Source of the DNA: Malacoraja senta
Lineage: Eukaryota
Assembly (NCBI GenBank): GCA_038087875.1
Contig: CM075990.1
Span: 16,370,001 to 16,434,000 of the forward strand
Length of the DNA stretch: 64,000 nt
Direction of reading: 5' to 3'
A program made the translations under genes and the position numbers. Under the pieces are notes generated by a model. It searched no databases, was not told the origin of the DNA, and saw only the letters and a program-made list of their open reading frames with translations. Every line of letters starts with the position of its first letter. Positions within the stretch are counted from its first letter, which is position 1. This document shows, piece by piece, positions 1 to 14,425 of this stretch.

Positions 1-2444
1 AAATCTCAAGTAAAAAGTATGATGAACTGATGTTTTTATTAGATAAAAGCAGGGACAGGTAGAAAAACAGACCTTTACAAATATGTTATAAAACACATGG
101 TGTCATCCCAGCTATACATTTTTAATTACAGAAAATGCAAAATACTTGCACACATAAGATACAGGATTAAATTTACTTATTCAAATGTGCAATTCTCATG
201 TGGAAAATGCCACAAAGCAGCCAAAACCCAGCTGGCTTGCCTTTATAAGGCTCCACATTTATCGGATGTTAATTTAACCAGCTGCCTGTTCAACTTTGAT
301 CATACATGCACATATGAAATTGAACAAAATCAAAAAGAAATCATTCTCAAAAAGAAAAAGCTGCAAAACTCTAGAGATGACGATACATGGGATCTGGAAA
401 TGGATGTGCCAAGTCATGATCAGAAACAAAAGGTAATCATGCAGCTCATGCATATAACCTTACATGTGTGTCATCAAAAGGCAGCACTGTTGTTTTAAGA
501 GAGCTCTTTACAATAAAACATATATAATTCAATTGTCCATTGGCAACTTTAGAAAGGAAAAATGAAAGGGTTCCTTGTAGTTTAACAGCTCAGTTGCCAA
601 TTTCCATGGGTGTCCTATCAATAAAATTCATGCTTTGGCTGAAAGTTGATGGATCTCCATCGAACTACAAGATAACACTATATAACTCTTTGTTATGACA
701 CTTATCTCAAATAATAAATTAGTATTGGTGGTTGTCATCTATAAATCATTTCCGTGCTGTAATGGTTATATGGTTATATGGTTATAAGGTTATATGTTTT
801 CTGGACATTTCTGGACAAATATGTGAACATTTGTTGCTAAAATAGAATCTCCACTTATTTCAAGGATTACGAAATCCTTGCAATGTCAACTGGATTTGCA
901 ATTCTGTTACAGGTGAGATCATATGTAAACTTCAAACATGTCGACCATTGCAGAAAATACTCCCACTGGAGAACTTCATAAACCCAGGTGCTCAATTTGC
1001 GTTCAGCACTGACACGATAGAAAGCCTCCAAGTTCTGAACAGATGACAGTATTATAGAGGAACATCTGGAAACCCATCCATTTCTAGGTTTGTTTGCAAT
1101 AATTTTTGTCTTGTGCCTGCTTATTTGATACACAAGAGGAAAGAGGAAAATCCCATAACTCCAGTCTAATTCTGGTTCACCGAGTTAGTTTACTGTGTTC
1201 ATGGAATTAAACATCAACAAAACAGTAAAACATATGGAAAATGTCCAAAAAAAATGTTTTGTTGAAAATCATTCCAATAGAAAACATTTGCAACAATCTG
1301 CACAGAAATATATAGTGCCCTCCATAATGTTTGGGACAAAGACCCATCGTTTATTTATTTGCCTCTGTACTCCACAATTTGAGATTTGTAATAGGAAAAA
1401 AATCACATGCGGTTAAAGTGCACATTGTCAGATTTTATTAAAGGATATTTTTATACATTTTGGTTCACCGTGTAGAAATTACAGCTGTGTTTATACATAG
1501 TCCCCCCATTTCAGGGCACCATAATGTTTGGGACACATGGCTTCACAGGTGTTTATAATTGCTCAGGTGTGTTTAATTGCCTCCTTAATGCAGGTATAAG
1601 AGAGCTCTCAGCACCTAGTCTTTCCTCTAGTCTTTCCATCACCTTTGGGAACTTTTATTGCTGTTTACCAACATGTTTTATTGCTGTTTACCAACATGAG
1701 GACCAAAGTTGTGCCAATGAAAGTTAAAGAAGCCATTATGAGACTGAGAAACAAGAATAAAACTGTTAGAGACATCAGCCAAACTTTAGGCTTACCAAAA
1801 TCACCTCTTTGGAACATCATTAAGAAGAAAGAGAGCACTGGTGAGCTTACTAATCACAAAGGGACTGGCAGGGCAAGGAAGACCTCCACAGCTGATGACA
1901 GAATAATTCTCTCTATAATAAAGAAAAATCCCTAAACACCTGTCCGACAGATCAGAAACACTCTTCAGGAGTCAGGTGTGGATTTGTCAATGACCACTGT
2001 CCGCAGAAGACTTCATGAACAGAAATACAGAGGCTACACTTGCAAGATGCAAACCACTGGTTAGCCGCAAAAATAGGATAGCCAGGTTACAGTTTACCAA
2101 GAAGTACTTAAAAGAGCAACCACAGTTCTGGAAAAAGGTCTTGAGGATAGATGAGACGAAGATTAAGTTACATCACAGTGATGGCAAGAGCAAAGTATGG
2201 AGGAGAGAAGGAACTGCCCAAGATCCAAAGCATACCACCTCATCTGTGGGGGTGTTATGGCCTGGGCATGTATGGCTGCTGAAGGTACTGGCTCACTTAT
2301 CTTCATTGATGATACAACTGCTGATGGAGGTAACAGAATGAATTCTGAAGTGTATAGACGCATCCTATCTGCTCAAGTTCAAACAAAAGACTCAAAACAC
2401 TTAGGCCGGCTGTTCATTCTACAGCAAGACAATGATCGCAAACA

Positions 2445-2573
2445 GTTTTTAAGAAGGAACTGCAGATGCTGGAAAATCGAAGGTACACAAAAATGCTGGA
2501 GAAACGCAGCGGGTGCAGCAGCATCAATGGAGCGAAGGAAATAGGCAACATTTCGGGCCGAAACCCTTCTTCA
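2445..2573 (-). mobile_element. Short Penelope-derived insert with a hammerhead core at its 5' end
   Basis: Interrupts the Tc1 ORF. Flanked by GATCGCAAACA/GATCCCAAACA. Begins at CTGAAGAAGGGTTTCGGCCCGAAA. Confidence 0.8.
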
Positions 2574-2892
2574 GATCCCAAACATACTGCTAAAGCAACA
2601 AAGGAGTTTTTCAAAGCTAAAAAATAGTCAATTCTTGAGTGGCCTAGTCAATCACCTAATCTGAACCCAATTGAGCATGCCTTTTATATGCTGAAGAGAA
2701 AACTGAAGTGGACTAGCCCCCAAAACAAGCATAAGCTAAAGATGGCTGCAATACAGGTCTGGAAGAGCATCACCAGAGAAGACACCCAGCAACTGGTGAT
2801 GTCCATGAATCACAGACTTCAAGCAGATATTGCAAAGGATATGCAACAAATTACTAAACACGACTACTTTCATTTACATGACATTGCTATGT

Positions 2893-3710
2893 AATGGGCG
2901 CCGCATGATGGCAGCCTCTGCCTACAGTCTGTCTGTTTTTTCTTTTTTTTCTTTTTAGTTTGTTAAAAAGTATGTTCTGGAGGACTTTTTTGGTATTTCT
3001 ATGTGGGGGAGGGGGGTAGGGTTGGAGGGAAACCGTTTCCCAGTCACTTCCTGGCGAGGACGCGACTATTCTCCGAATCTTGTCCTCGCCCCCCTCTCGC
3101 GGCCTATCAACTTTGGCGCGGCCTTTCCTGCCAGAGACCCGACCAGAGCTACAGCGGCGGCACAGCACTGGATTCATCGCGGAGCGGGCGATGCCTTACC
3201 TGGATCACCGTTTGAAGCTCCGGAGTGTTGGGCCTGCTGCTTCAACATCGGAGCTGTGGTTGCAGAGCTTCCAGCGCGGAGTCCTGGGATCCTTTGCCGG
3301 GGGTCGCCAGCGTTGAATCTCCGCCCAGCTCGGCCTGAGGACTTCAGGAGCTGCGGACTCCGGTAAGAAGTGGCCGATTCGGAGGTCCAAGCCGTTGAGG
3401 ATGTTCTCCCGTTCCGACATCGGAGTTCCATCATCCCGGCGAGCGGGCCTGAACATTGGGCCGCCCATAGCGGCGAATACGGAGGGCTCGGGAGGCCCCG
3501 ACCACGGGTGAACAAGAGGACAACAGAGGTGGACTGAACTTTGGTGCCTTCCCTCACAGTGGGAAACTTTGATACCGCTGTGGGGGGATGTTTATGTTAA
3601 ACACTATCGTGTTCTGTGTTCTTTATTTGATTCGTATGGCTGTATGGTGACCACAAATCTCACTGCACCAATTGGTGCATGTGACAATAAATGTCTCTTG
3701 TCTCTTGTCT
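2893..3710 (+). mobile_element. GC-rich non-autonomous retroposon with AATAAA and a (TGTCTCT)n tail, inserted at the Tc1 right TIR
   Basis: Splits the Tc1 sequence. Its 3' part recurs in reverse at ~28800-29045. No meaningful ORF. Confidence 0.65.
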
Positions 3711-4129
3711 TGTCCCAAACATTATGGGTGCTGAAATGGAGGGGACCATGTATAAACACTGCTGTAATTTCATCGGTAAATTCATTATTTTTTATGGAAC
3801 TAATATTCTAAAATAACCTAAATAAAAATGAATGATAAAAACTTAAATATTTGGATGCTGAGTGACCAGTTTCCAGCATTTTCTCTATTAATTAAAGAAA
3901 CAACAGGATTAATCAGGAAAAATGTTTTTTTTTTAATTCTCACAAGACACGGATGATATCAACCGCTATCAATTCATATTAAGCAGTCTCAAGCTAGAAA
4001 GCATGACTCAATCACCAAAATATTCCTAATCCACTGAGTTACTCCAGCATTGTCTTTTTTTTTGTCAACCAACGTCTGCAGTTCCTTACGTCTACCCAAT
4101 TCAGCACTAATTGGCAATATCCACAAATT

Positions 4130-4420
4130 GGTCAGCACAGTGGCACGGCAGTAGAGTTGCTGCCTTACAGCACCAGGGACTTGAGTTCAATCCTGACTAC
4201 AGGTGTTGTCAGTACGGAGTTTGTACGTTCACCCTGTGATCGCGTGGCTTTTTTCCTGGGTGCACACGTTTCCTCTCATATTCCAAAGACATACAGGTTT
4301 GTAGATTAATTGGCTTCTGTAAATTGTTCCTGGTGCGCAGGATAGAACTAGTGTTTTGTGATCGCTGGTCGGCATGGGCTTGGTGGGCCAAGGGGCATGT
4401 TTCCACACTATATCACTAAT
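4130..4420 (+). mobile_element. tRNA-derived SINE (HE1/V-SINE-like)
   Basis: A-box-like start, B-box-like GAGTTCAATCC, V-domain-like GGAGTTTGTACGTTC and a CR1-like tail. Confidence 0.75.
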
Positions 4421-4738
4421 CTCAATTTCGGTGATCTTGATTTTAACATAAAGAATACTGAATAAAATGAAACTGCATTAATAAAATAAAGTTCTAAAGA
4501 AAAGATCAGGTAGTTTAGGTTGTATAACTGCTATTCCCCACACTGATGGTAAGACATATGAAAGAACTTTGCAAAAACTTGAGTCAAATATCAGCAATAT
4601 CAATAAATATGATTTACCATCTTTACAAAATAACAAATGGTTTTATAAATATTTTTTTCTCATGAATATATGCAATCCCACCCAGGTAGCAACAATTAAA
4701 TCTCTGACTATGCATGAATTTTGTACAGATTGTCTTTA

Positions 4739-5008
<270 letters not shown>

Positions 5009-6513
5009 TTACTTCTATGTTGGATGTAATTCAGACAAAATATGTTTCCTTGCAATCTTTATACATCAACTCCTTACTAAAAGACAACTAACAAATGAAA
5101 AGTATTAATTTAATCAATTCAAAAAGACATTCTGTTCGCTCTAATAAAAATCAAAGATTGCAGCACTGGAATCACTTTGCGGATCACCTGCGTTCAATAT
5201 CTCGGAGTTTCCAGTTGCCTGTTACTTTAATTCACCATCCCATTTCCACTCTGACCTCTCATCTGTGGCTTCCTGTTATAACATGGCTTAATGCAAGCTT
5301 GAGGAACAACATCCCAGCCTGCAGCACCCAATATAAAATTCACCGGCTGGAGGTAATTTGTTCTTTCTTTCTGTTTGTCTCAGGACTGGCTATTTTTTTG
5401 CCTGTCATCCCTTTTTGTTCATTGTTTCATTCATTTGTTGTCTAGCCTCTGTGTAAATGGCCCAACATTGCACAGGCTTTACAATTTTATCAACACGTGA
5501 CACAGACAAAGGAGCTTCATTGCTTCATTACTTATTACTTATCAGAATTGCCTTTATTCCACCCTTTGCTCTCTCCTACTTTCTTTGCTACCCAGAACAA
5601 CGTGTTTTCCTTTTCTCAGCTCTGCGGCAGGATTCCAAATCTAAGTGGTAATTGCTTATCTTTCCACAATAATGATAACTGCTGAGATTTTTTAGCATTT
5701 TGTTTTTATTTGCCTTCAATTTTAATCGGGGAAATGTGAATGACCATACCTAATTAAAAATGTATTTTGCGGATGCAACAAACAGATTGAAAGAATTTAG
5801 CAAGTAAATTTGTTTATTGTTCTGCATTAAATAACTTAAATGTGTATATTTTCCCATCTGGCTACAAATGGAATTCTACTTTATGTTCATCAAGTATCTG
5901 AGATTCCTTTACACTTTCTTGCAAATGTAAATGGAATTTTCACATCTATGCTCACAGCTCATCAAACATCAATCAAATTTGATTGAAAAAGTAAAAATAA
6001 TGTGACCACAATTTAAGCATAAAAAGCCTGAGATTAGTTTACTATATGGTGAATGTTGACACTAATATACTAAGATTTCTTATAAAATAGCTAACAACTG
6101 ATCCTAGAAATAAAAAACCTCAGATGTGTTTAATAATATTTTTGTGAAAATTGCATATTTCAAAGCAGCATGAATTAAGAATTTAACGTTAAATAATATA
6201 ATCATTTTTATCATTGCAGCATGGCTTCGGAATGTGTTACCCTTTATTTTGTATGTTCCAATAAAAATTACATCAGGACCATATTTAAATGACAATAAAT
6301 AAATGATAGTTTCCAGTAGTCATCAAGTCAGTGGACGCACAACTGCCTCCATCTGTGTATCATGATATTCTACATTACTGAATTATAGAACACGAGGAAT
6401 AGATTGTGACATGACCTTAAGAGAGTAAAACCAGACAAATTATATTGACTGCTTTCTGTGAAATTAAATACAAAAAGGGCAGTGGACATGCTTGGATAAC
6501 GCAATATGTTTAC

Positions 6514-6664
6514 CTGAAGGTACCTCGTTCAACATCTTGCCCACTAAGCCTCACATGTATTCCTTCTTTCAGTAAAGAACCAAATGCCATGTACTCTGCC
6601 AGGGCCCAATCGACCACTTGATCCTTAATCATCTCTGCTCGTCCTTTCAAAATGCGAGCCAAAC
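6514..6664 (-). CDS. OGDHL: OGDHL exon (approx. exon 15), [50 protein letters not shown]
   Basis: 151 nt, ttttccAG/GTaaac. [13 protein letters not shown] is a family signature. Confidence 0.95.
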
Positions 6665-7460
6665 CTGGAAAAAAAATTATACATAGCTCTTCAGATAATT
6701 AGCAAAATGTTCAGGAAGTTTTCAAAGCTATTGAGTCATCAATTTCATAAGGTTAAATTATTGTTTTATTTTCAACTAGTGCGTGATTCACCTTTATTTG
6801 TAGGAGCTTGTTGCTTGATTTAAGATGAGTCAGATTTGAAATCATATCCAAAAATTAAATGACACAAAGTAGAACTTTAATTCAATACTGAAGCAGTGCA
6901 AGGCGGAAAATATATTGTGTTGTGCAGAAGATTTAAAGGATCTCAACACTACTAACTGTACATACCCCATTCACTCATTATTTTGCTGCTTGCAGTTTCT
7001 TGGTACACATTGGCAGCCAGTCGCAATTAACGCTGAAGAATATTGCTGTATGCAATTAACTGGATGGCCCAAGACCAGATAAAAACCCGGAAACACGAGT
7101 AAATGACTTCTCCTCTGTAGAGCTTGGTGCCATTTTACAGTAAGTGAAATATATGCTAACCTCAAATGGGTGAGGTGGTTAAAATAGCGCACACATATTG
7201 TTAGTACCTGGTGTATTCAAGAACAGATGGAGAGTCATGCTCATGTATATCAAACTCCTTAAGGAACCCTGAGCATCCAATTAGGAGATTTAACAACTGA
7301 AATGATAACTTTCATGGACACTTGATCAATGGAGCAACCCATGCAAAGCATTTGAGGTGCAATGACAGTTGTAGCTACACAACAAAATAATTCTTGTAAC
7401 TTTTGTTTTAAATTGTAAACAAAGATTCATAACATTTTGCACAATTATTTTTGAACATAG

Positions 7461-9800
7461 TCAAGTCAAGTCACATTTATTTATATAGCACATTTAAAAA
7501 ACAACTCTCGTTGGCCAAAGTGCTTTACATTTGTTATAAGAATAGCATAAACAAAACAAACTACATACATATATACATGTAGCCCTCACTCAGAGGACGT
7601 CAGGAAAGGCTTGGGAGTATAGATAGGTCTTTAGTCTCGACTTAAAAGAGTCGATGGAGGGGGCAGTTCTGATGGGAAAGGGGATGCTGTTCCACAGTCT
7701 AGGGGCTGCAACCGCAAAGGCACGGTCGCCCCTGAGCTTATGCCTAGACCGTGGGATATTCAGCAACCCCAAGTCGGCCGATCTGAGGGGCCTGGAGGTG
7801 GAGTGGTGGGTGAGAAGACTTTTTATGTAGGTGGGGGCAAGCCCATTGAGGGCTTTGTAGATATGGAGGAGGATCTTGAAGTTTATACGGAACCGCACAG
7901 GGAGCTAGTGGAGAGAGGCCAGGATCGGGGTGATGTGGTCCCTTTTTCAGGTGCCCGTCAGGAGTCTCGCTGCGGCGTTTTGGACCAGTTGCAGGCGGGA
8001 CAGGGAAGATTGGCTGATGCCAGTGTAAAGGGATTGCAGTAATCTAGGTGGGAGGAGATGAATGTGTGGATGATCTTTTCCAGGTCATCAAACTGGAGGA
8101 ATTGTTTTATTTTAGCTATCGTCCGAAGCTGAAAGAAGCTAGCTTTTACCACGGCATTGACTTGTTTGTCAAATTTCAGTGCTGAGTCAAATATCACGCC
8201 AAGGTTTTTGACGTGAGGTTTGAGTAGTGGGGTAAGGCTTCCAAGGCTGCCTGCTATCATTTTGATTGAGTCCGAGGGGCCGAGAAGGATGACCTCAGAC
8301 TTACTCTTGTTTAGTTGGAGGATGTTCTGGGCCATCCAACACTTTATATCCTCGAGGCAGTGGGTAAGGTTAAGCAGATTTGATTGGTTTTTGGGCTTCA
8401 GGGGGAGATAGAGTTGTGTATCATCTGCGTAGCAATGGAAGGAAATGCCATGCCTTTCAATATCTTGGCCTAAGGGGAGCATATACAGGGAGAAGAGAAT
8501 GGGGCCAAGGATGGAACCTTGTGGAACCCCCCAGCAGAGATTAGCTGGGGAGGAGAAAGAGTTGCCTATGTTAGTCGAGAAACTCCTACCTTTGAGGTAG
8601 GAGATGAACCAGCTCTGGGCAGTGCCATCAATACCAACCCCATACCGGAGACGGTCAATTAGGATGGTGTGGTCGACAGTATCAAATGCTGCGCTGAGGT
8701 CAAGAAGGAGCAGAATTGCACAGTCGCCGGAGTCAACGGTGAGCAGTAGGTCATTGTGTACCTTCAACAAGGCAGACTCTGTGATATGGTGAGCCCTGAA
8801 ACCTGATTGGAAAGTTTCCAAGATAGTGTTTTGGTGAAGGTAAGGTATAAGTTGACTTAAAATTACCTTTTCAAGGGCTTTTGAGAGGAAAGGCAGTTTA
8901 GAAATGGGTCTGTAGTTGCTTGGCAAGGTGGGGTCGAGGTTAGGTTTTTTCAGGAGTGGTTGGACTACCGCATGCTTGAAGCAGGTAGGTACAGTGCCAG
9001 TGGCCAGAGAGCTGTTGAAGATGGCGAGGATGCTGGGAACAGCTGTTGTAATGACGTCCTTTAGGAGGGCAGAGGGGACAGTGTCGAGAGGGCAGGTAGT
9101 AGGTTTCATGGTGGTGATCAGTTTTACAAGGGAGGGTAGAGTAACGGGTTGGAAACAGTCTAATTTTGAAGAGCAGACCAATGAGACAGCCAGGTCACGG
9201 GTGGGAGGGGAAATATTTGTTCTTATGTTCTTTACCTTACTGGTGAAAAATGTGGTAAATTCCTCGCACTTAGCAGGGGACCCAGTTAGGCTGGGGCTGG
9301 TGGCAGGACAAATGATGGAGGTGATGGTGCTAAAAAGGACCTTGGAATTTTGCTTGTTTTTGGAGATAAGGGTGGAAAAGTATTTAGTTCTTGCAGATTT
9401 TACTGCTTCCTGGTATTTGTGAAGATTATTTTTCAGGAGTTCATGGGAAATTTCAAGCTTATCAGATTTGTACTTCCGTTCTGATTTTCTGCATTCTCTT
9501 CTTAGGGCTCTGGTGGTATCATTGAGCCACGGCTTGCCTTTAGGCTTAGCCTTTTTCATTTTAAGAGGAGCAACAGAATCCAGGACGGAAGAGCAGGTAT
9601 TATTGAATAGAGAAATTAGGTCGTCGGTACTGAGATGGGGGGTGGACGCCTCAATAGTGCAGATGTTGGGGGCGACTATGAGAGCCTCAGAGAACTTACT
9701 GGCCATCGTGGAGTTAACGTAGCGGGAGTAGCGAGCAGGGAGATGGGATTTTGAGGGAGAGAAAGGCAGAGATATATCGAATATAATAGCACTATGATCA
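7461..9800 (-). mobile_element. 5'-truncated L2-clade LINE (end of APE endonuclease + RT)
   Basis: 582-aa ORF 7958-9706 (QSGFR, LDLSAAFDTVDH, GVPQGSILGP, YADD) continues by frameshift into 7590-7898. L2-type 3' end with a (TGACT)n tail. Confidence 0.93.
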
Positions 9801-11689
9801 GCACTATAATAGCACTATAGGGAGTTCCAATTAAATTTTGCATCGTCAACATATACCAGATACATTAACAATGTATACCACATAGATGACATTCAACAAC
9901 TTGCACATTTCTCCCTTTATTCATAAGTTCATAATTTAAGGAACAGAATTAGGCCATTCGGCCCATCAAGTCTACTATGCCATTCAATCATGGCTGATCT
10001 ATCTTTTAAAAGATTCCTCTTCAAAAATTGAAGCCTTTGCAAGGTTCAGTCCCAAAAATAGCATGAATCCGAATTCAGAACTAAATTCGCTGAATTAAAA
10101 ACAGAACAATTTTTTAATTTGCTGAGGTTATCCATATTCCAAATAATCAAATATGGAATAAACTGCCAACAAACGTCAGAATATGCAACCTTGAGCATAA
10201 ATATGCCACAATTAAATAACACTTGGCAGGCTGATAATCATCAAACTCCAGGCACAGTCATTGAGAATTCTAAGATTACTTAATGTTTCTGCAAATTATA
10301 AAGGATTCCTAAATGATAAATAATGAAGTCAGTCAGTCTGACTTACGTAGAATTTACTTAAATGTACACTAAAAGCAGGTGAAATGTCACAGGGAAAAGC
10401 TTCCTCAATCACCATCATTACCAAGGCTTGATTTGAGAACATTTTGTTATGCACATGAAGCTATATAACACAATAAACAGCCGTTGGTGAGTAAACATCA
10501 CTGCGAAAATTGTCTGTGCAAAATATGCCAAATGATTAATTCATAGGATAATAGCTTTGCTCTTTACTGCTTCTGAGAACTGTGTGGCTCCTTTGGATAT
10601 GTATTCAATATATTTATTTAACCTTATTGCTGGGTGCATAATCTGAGTATTGAAGAGATTGACAGTGCTGTACCCATAATCATCCAGTTTTCTAACATTG
10701 CTCGATTTCATGCCAGTAAATTTTAGCTCCATACCATAAACTCGGAATAAGCAGAAATGAAAACAAGATTTTTGTGCAATATTACCCGAGATTTTCTTAT
10801 GCTATCAAACCATAATGGTTTCCTGTAAATAAATCTGTGATTAGCAGAATTGCACAGTCAATTACCACCAAAGATGGGTTGCTGTTTACATTGCCACCTG
10901 GAAAAATGTATGCAGTGAAATGGGAACATTAATTTTATTGAATCTGACTAAACGGTTCCTTCCTTAAACAGAGTTCTTATTGACATTACATCAAAGTTAC
11001 TATCTCAGATGCGTTGCAGATGGCCAACCTTTCCAAGCAAAGCTCAAAAACTTGCAATGTTAAATCAATATTGTATCTCTAACAACAGCACAGACAAACA
11101 AAAACTGTGAAACTCTAGATTTTTAACAGGTTTGGTTGCTTTTTGACTGCTATGTAATCTAATTAGCCCACTTTTGGAATCAAGGGCGAAAACAGCAGTA
11201 CTCCGTTAGCTTCAAAAGGAAGCTGCCTACAGAATCCTTGTGATCTCTGTGGCAGAGGATTCTATTTTTTCCCCAGCATTGGTTGTTGTCAGGCATCAGT
11301 CCAGGAGCTGTAGGGCCACCAAGCCGACTGAGCAGCTCACGGACACGAATCCTCACGGACAGAAAAGAAAACGCACAATTTTAAATTAAGCTTTTAAATA
11401 TTTTACTGTGCATGAGAAAAAGTTGGAACATGCACTTAAGATCAACGCCGGGATTGAAATATGAAGTCTCATACGTATTATGGATTTTAATTTTTTAATT
11501 AAGTGTGTGTGGAGGGTTTCCAATCCACAAGAGTATTTTAAATATCAAGTTTATTGGGGCACGAGAAAAATTCTGAGCTTAGGAGGATATTTCAGAGGCA
11601 CTATATAATTTATATATTGTTGTTGCAATAACTTCTCTGTCTCCATTTCAGGTCTTAGATTTTTCACTGCAGCAAACAACACAACATGG

Positions 11690-12130
11690 TCAAAACCGCT
11701 GTTGTTGTGGTCTGGCAGACTGACCATTGCCCCTCCCCACGACTTTCTGCTTCCTGTCGGGACCACTTTCTCTGTGACTCCCTGGTTTGCTCCGTCCCTA
11801 CACTTCTTCCTTTGCCTCCATCTACGGACCTAAACGGCCCTTCCAGATGAGACAAGGATTCATCTTCACCTCCTCCAACCTCATCTATAGTATTTTGTGC
11901 TCTCAATGTGGCCACCTGTACCTCGTTGAGACTAAACACAGACGAGGCGACTGTAGAGCACACTTGCCCTGTGGTCTTCTGAATCTCCCTGTTGTCATCC
12001 ATTTGAATTCCCCTTCCTAATCCCACATGGTCTGTCTCTTCTCAGCCTCCTCCATAGTCATGATGAGTCTGGGTATGTGATAACTGGATTGTGGGTAGTC
12101 TACAACTCAACTGAAGACATTGAATTCTCC
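11690..12130 (+). mobile_element. Degenerate Penelope-like element (GIY-YIG endonuclease region)
   Basis: SSNLIYSILCSQCGHLYLVETKHR and HLNSPS remnants. Confidence 0.7.
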
Positions 12131-12599
12131 AAATTCTTGTAACCTGCATTGCCTCTGTCCATATCTCTCTCCTTCTAAATACCCTGGTCCCCTCACCTAC
12201 CCTGCTCTTCCCACTTTACCCCACAGCACCTATCAGCGCATTTCTTTGCCTCCCATCCCCGCACACTCTTCCACGATAATCCCAAACCCCATTTCTTGTA
12301 ACCTCCCTTCCCTCTGTGGTGCCAATTGCCACCACCCTGCCTCGTACAGTGCCATTCTTTACCTCCATTCCCTATCCCAGACTCTGCAGCCTTTAGTTCT
12401 CCACTTATCCCAGCCTCTGCTACTATCTCCACCCTTCATTCCCTAACCTGGATGCCATCTGCCAATCAACTCCTCTTCAACTCTTCAATCAACTCCTCTT
12501 CATTCAGTATCTTTTACTTGCCAGTTTTTGCCCACCTCTTACTGGCTACTTCTTCTCTACGCTTTCAGTTTAGATGCCGTGTCCCAACATGAAACACTG

Positions 12600-12950
12600 A
12601 CTCTCAACATATTCTATCCATGTACCCATCAGATTTCTTTTAAATGTTATTATGCCATCTGCCTCACCACCCACTTCCTCTGGCAACTTGGTCCATAACC
12701 CATCACCTTCTGTGCGTAAAGGTTTCCCCTTAATATCCTATTAAATTTCACTTTGCCTTAAACCTATGACCTCTGGTGCTTGATTTCCCAACCCTGAGGA
12801 AAGTGTGCATTTATCGTATCTATTCCCCACGTGCTTTTACACATCGTTATAAGATAACCCTCAGCCTCTTGCGCTCCAAGAAATAAATACCTAGCCCGCT
12901 GAACCTCTCCATTTAGCTCAGGTCTTTGAGTCCTGGAACATTGTTGTACA
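12600..12950 (-). mobile_element. Degenerate CR1 3' fragment
   Basis: Resembles the reverse complement of the CR1 3' ends at 51915-52328 and 59580-59980. Confidence 0.6.
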
Positions 12951-13018
12951 TCTGTATATAAAAAGATTTTCACATACATATTGTCTCAGAAACATAGTTT
13001 ACCAATAAAGATAGATAC

Positions 13019-13147
13019 CTCGATGAATGATAAAATTTTCAACTGGCACTGAACTAGCTATTTTCCCAATTTGAGCCAGGACATCCTCAGAAATGCCTGT
13101 TGGAGGACAAGTCATACTTTTCGGTTCTCCATTCTGAGAGAAGAAAC
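13019..13147 (-). CDS. OGDHL: OGDHL exon (approx. exon 14), [43 protein letters not shown]
   Basis: 129 nt, tgtctcAG/GTatct. GEPKSMTCP is OGDHL-type. Confidence 0.92.
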
Positions 13148-13568
13148 CTGAGACAAAAATATGTTTTGATGATCATTAACCAGGCAGTACATATGGAAAA
13201 TTATAGCATTGATTGAAGAAAAGATCAATTAAAACATGTTACAAGACAATGAGCCGCACCATTTAGCACAACATTAGTCCAGAAATGTTACAGCAAGGCA
13301 AGATCAATCCTCATCGTAAGACACAGATAAATTATCTTTGCTGGAAATAATTAGAGGTTGTAATGAAAATGAGCTGATTTTACAATCTAAACTATAAAAG
13401 TCAATGTTGCTTGTTTATTTAAATTGCCGATTCACAAAAATGTGAGTTGCACTTCTATTGTGCTTATTTCGGCACTTCTGTCATATAGTGGTTTCATCTC
13501 CTTTAGAACAAGTCTCAATTATATGCTCCTACTACCCTCACCCTTAAACCTTTCCAAATATTGCTCAC

Positions 13569-13671
13569 CTGGCCAAGGGGAATCCAGCCACTCTTTGATT
13601 TGAAGAATTTTCTCATCTTTTGCTCTGGTGTAAGCTTCCTCACAAATCCTATCATAGTTTGCTACTTCCTC
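13569..13671 (-). CDS. OGDHL: OGDHL exon (approx. exon 13), [34 protein letters not shown]
   Basis: 103 nt, ttttgcAG/GTgagc. Confidence 0.93.
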
Positions 13672-14272
13672 CTGCAAAACACATTCAAATACAGAAGATC
13701 ACTATTCAGCGAGCTAGACTATTTGTAAATTATGTGGTTTGATAGATCACATTTTGTTAATCTGGAAAGAAATGCATTCAACCATAACCTGAATTCATAA
13801 TTTCGTTATAACTATTAAATAACTATTGCAATGTTCATTTTACAAGTTCATAATCACAATCGCGTCAGCGCTGGCGTTTATCATCTCAAAATGTTTCTGA
13901 TTACCTAATGGTATTGAAAATTAGGAAAGCATGCAAGATGATTCTTGCATTTTGTTTTATACACAGATCCATCTCTAGGCCTTAACTGCTCAAAGAAGAG
14001 ATGCCATCTGAAAGAAGGTCAGGTGTTCATTACAAGGACATACGTGGAAAAATGACATTTCCAGGAAGGAGAGGATAATTCACGTCAAAATGTTCTGGCT
14101 AATTTGACATTTTCCAACAGTGTGAATACAAAATGACATTTTAACAATAGCGCAGGCATGAGTTAAACATCGTCACAAGAATGGAATTAGATTAACATAC
14201 TTCAAAGCAAGCAAGAGCTCACACATATACCCAGCTTGACCACCAAAAATTAGAGACATAAAATATGCAGAC

Positions 14273-14425
14273 CTCAAACTCCTGTAATGTTAGAACTCCT
14301 TCTGATATCAATTGATCAGCATACTTCTTCAGAACAGGCACTTGTTGTTGAATCTGTTTGTACATGAGAGGCTGTGTAAACATGGGTTGATCCACTTCAT
14401 TGTGTCCCCTTCTACGATAGCAAAC
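14273..14425 (-). CDS. OGDHL: OGDHL exon (approx. exon 12), [25 protein letters not shown]...LQEFE
   Basis: 153 nt, atAG/GTctgc. YRRRGHNE is OGDHL-type. Confidence 0.93.

Larger units (their letters stand above)
1313..3771 (+). mobile_element. Decayed Tc1/mariner element (IR/DR type) with two nested insertions and a truncated right TIR
   Basis: Transposase remnants at ~1696-2860 (paired-like HTH, DETK, QQDND, SPNLNPIE) with stops and frameshifts. The left TIR (1313-~1535) has an internal DR, CCATAATGTTTGGGACA. 3711-3771 is the inverse of ~1476-1535. Confidence 0.88.

Noticed and set aside
97..1133. ORFs 97-498 (+) and 867-1133 (-)
   Set aside because: No recognisable domain, and no match to the expected next OGDHL exon (GFELG...WEAQFGDF).
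2887..3557. Multiple overlapping GC-rich ORFs
   Set aside because: They lie inside a GC-rich non-coding retroposon and show no homology signal.
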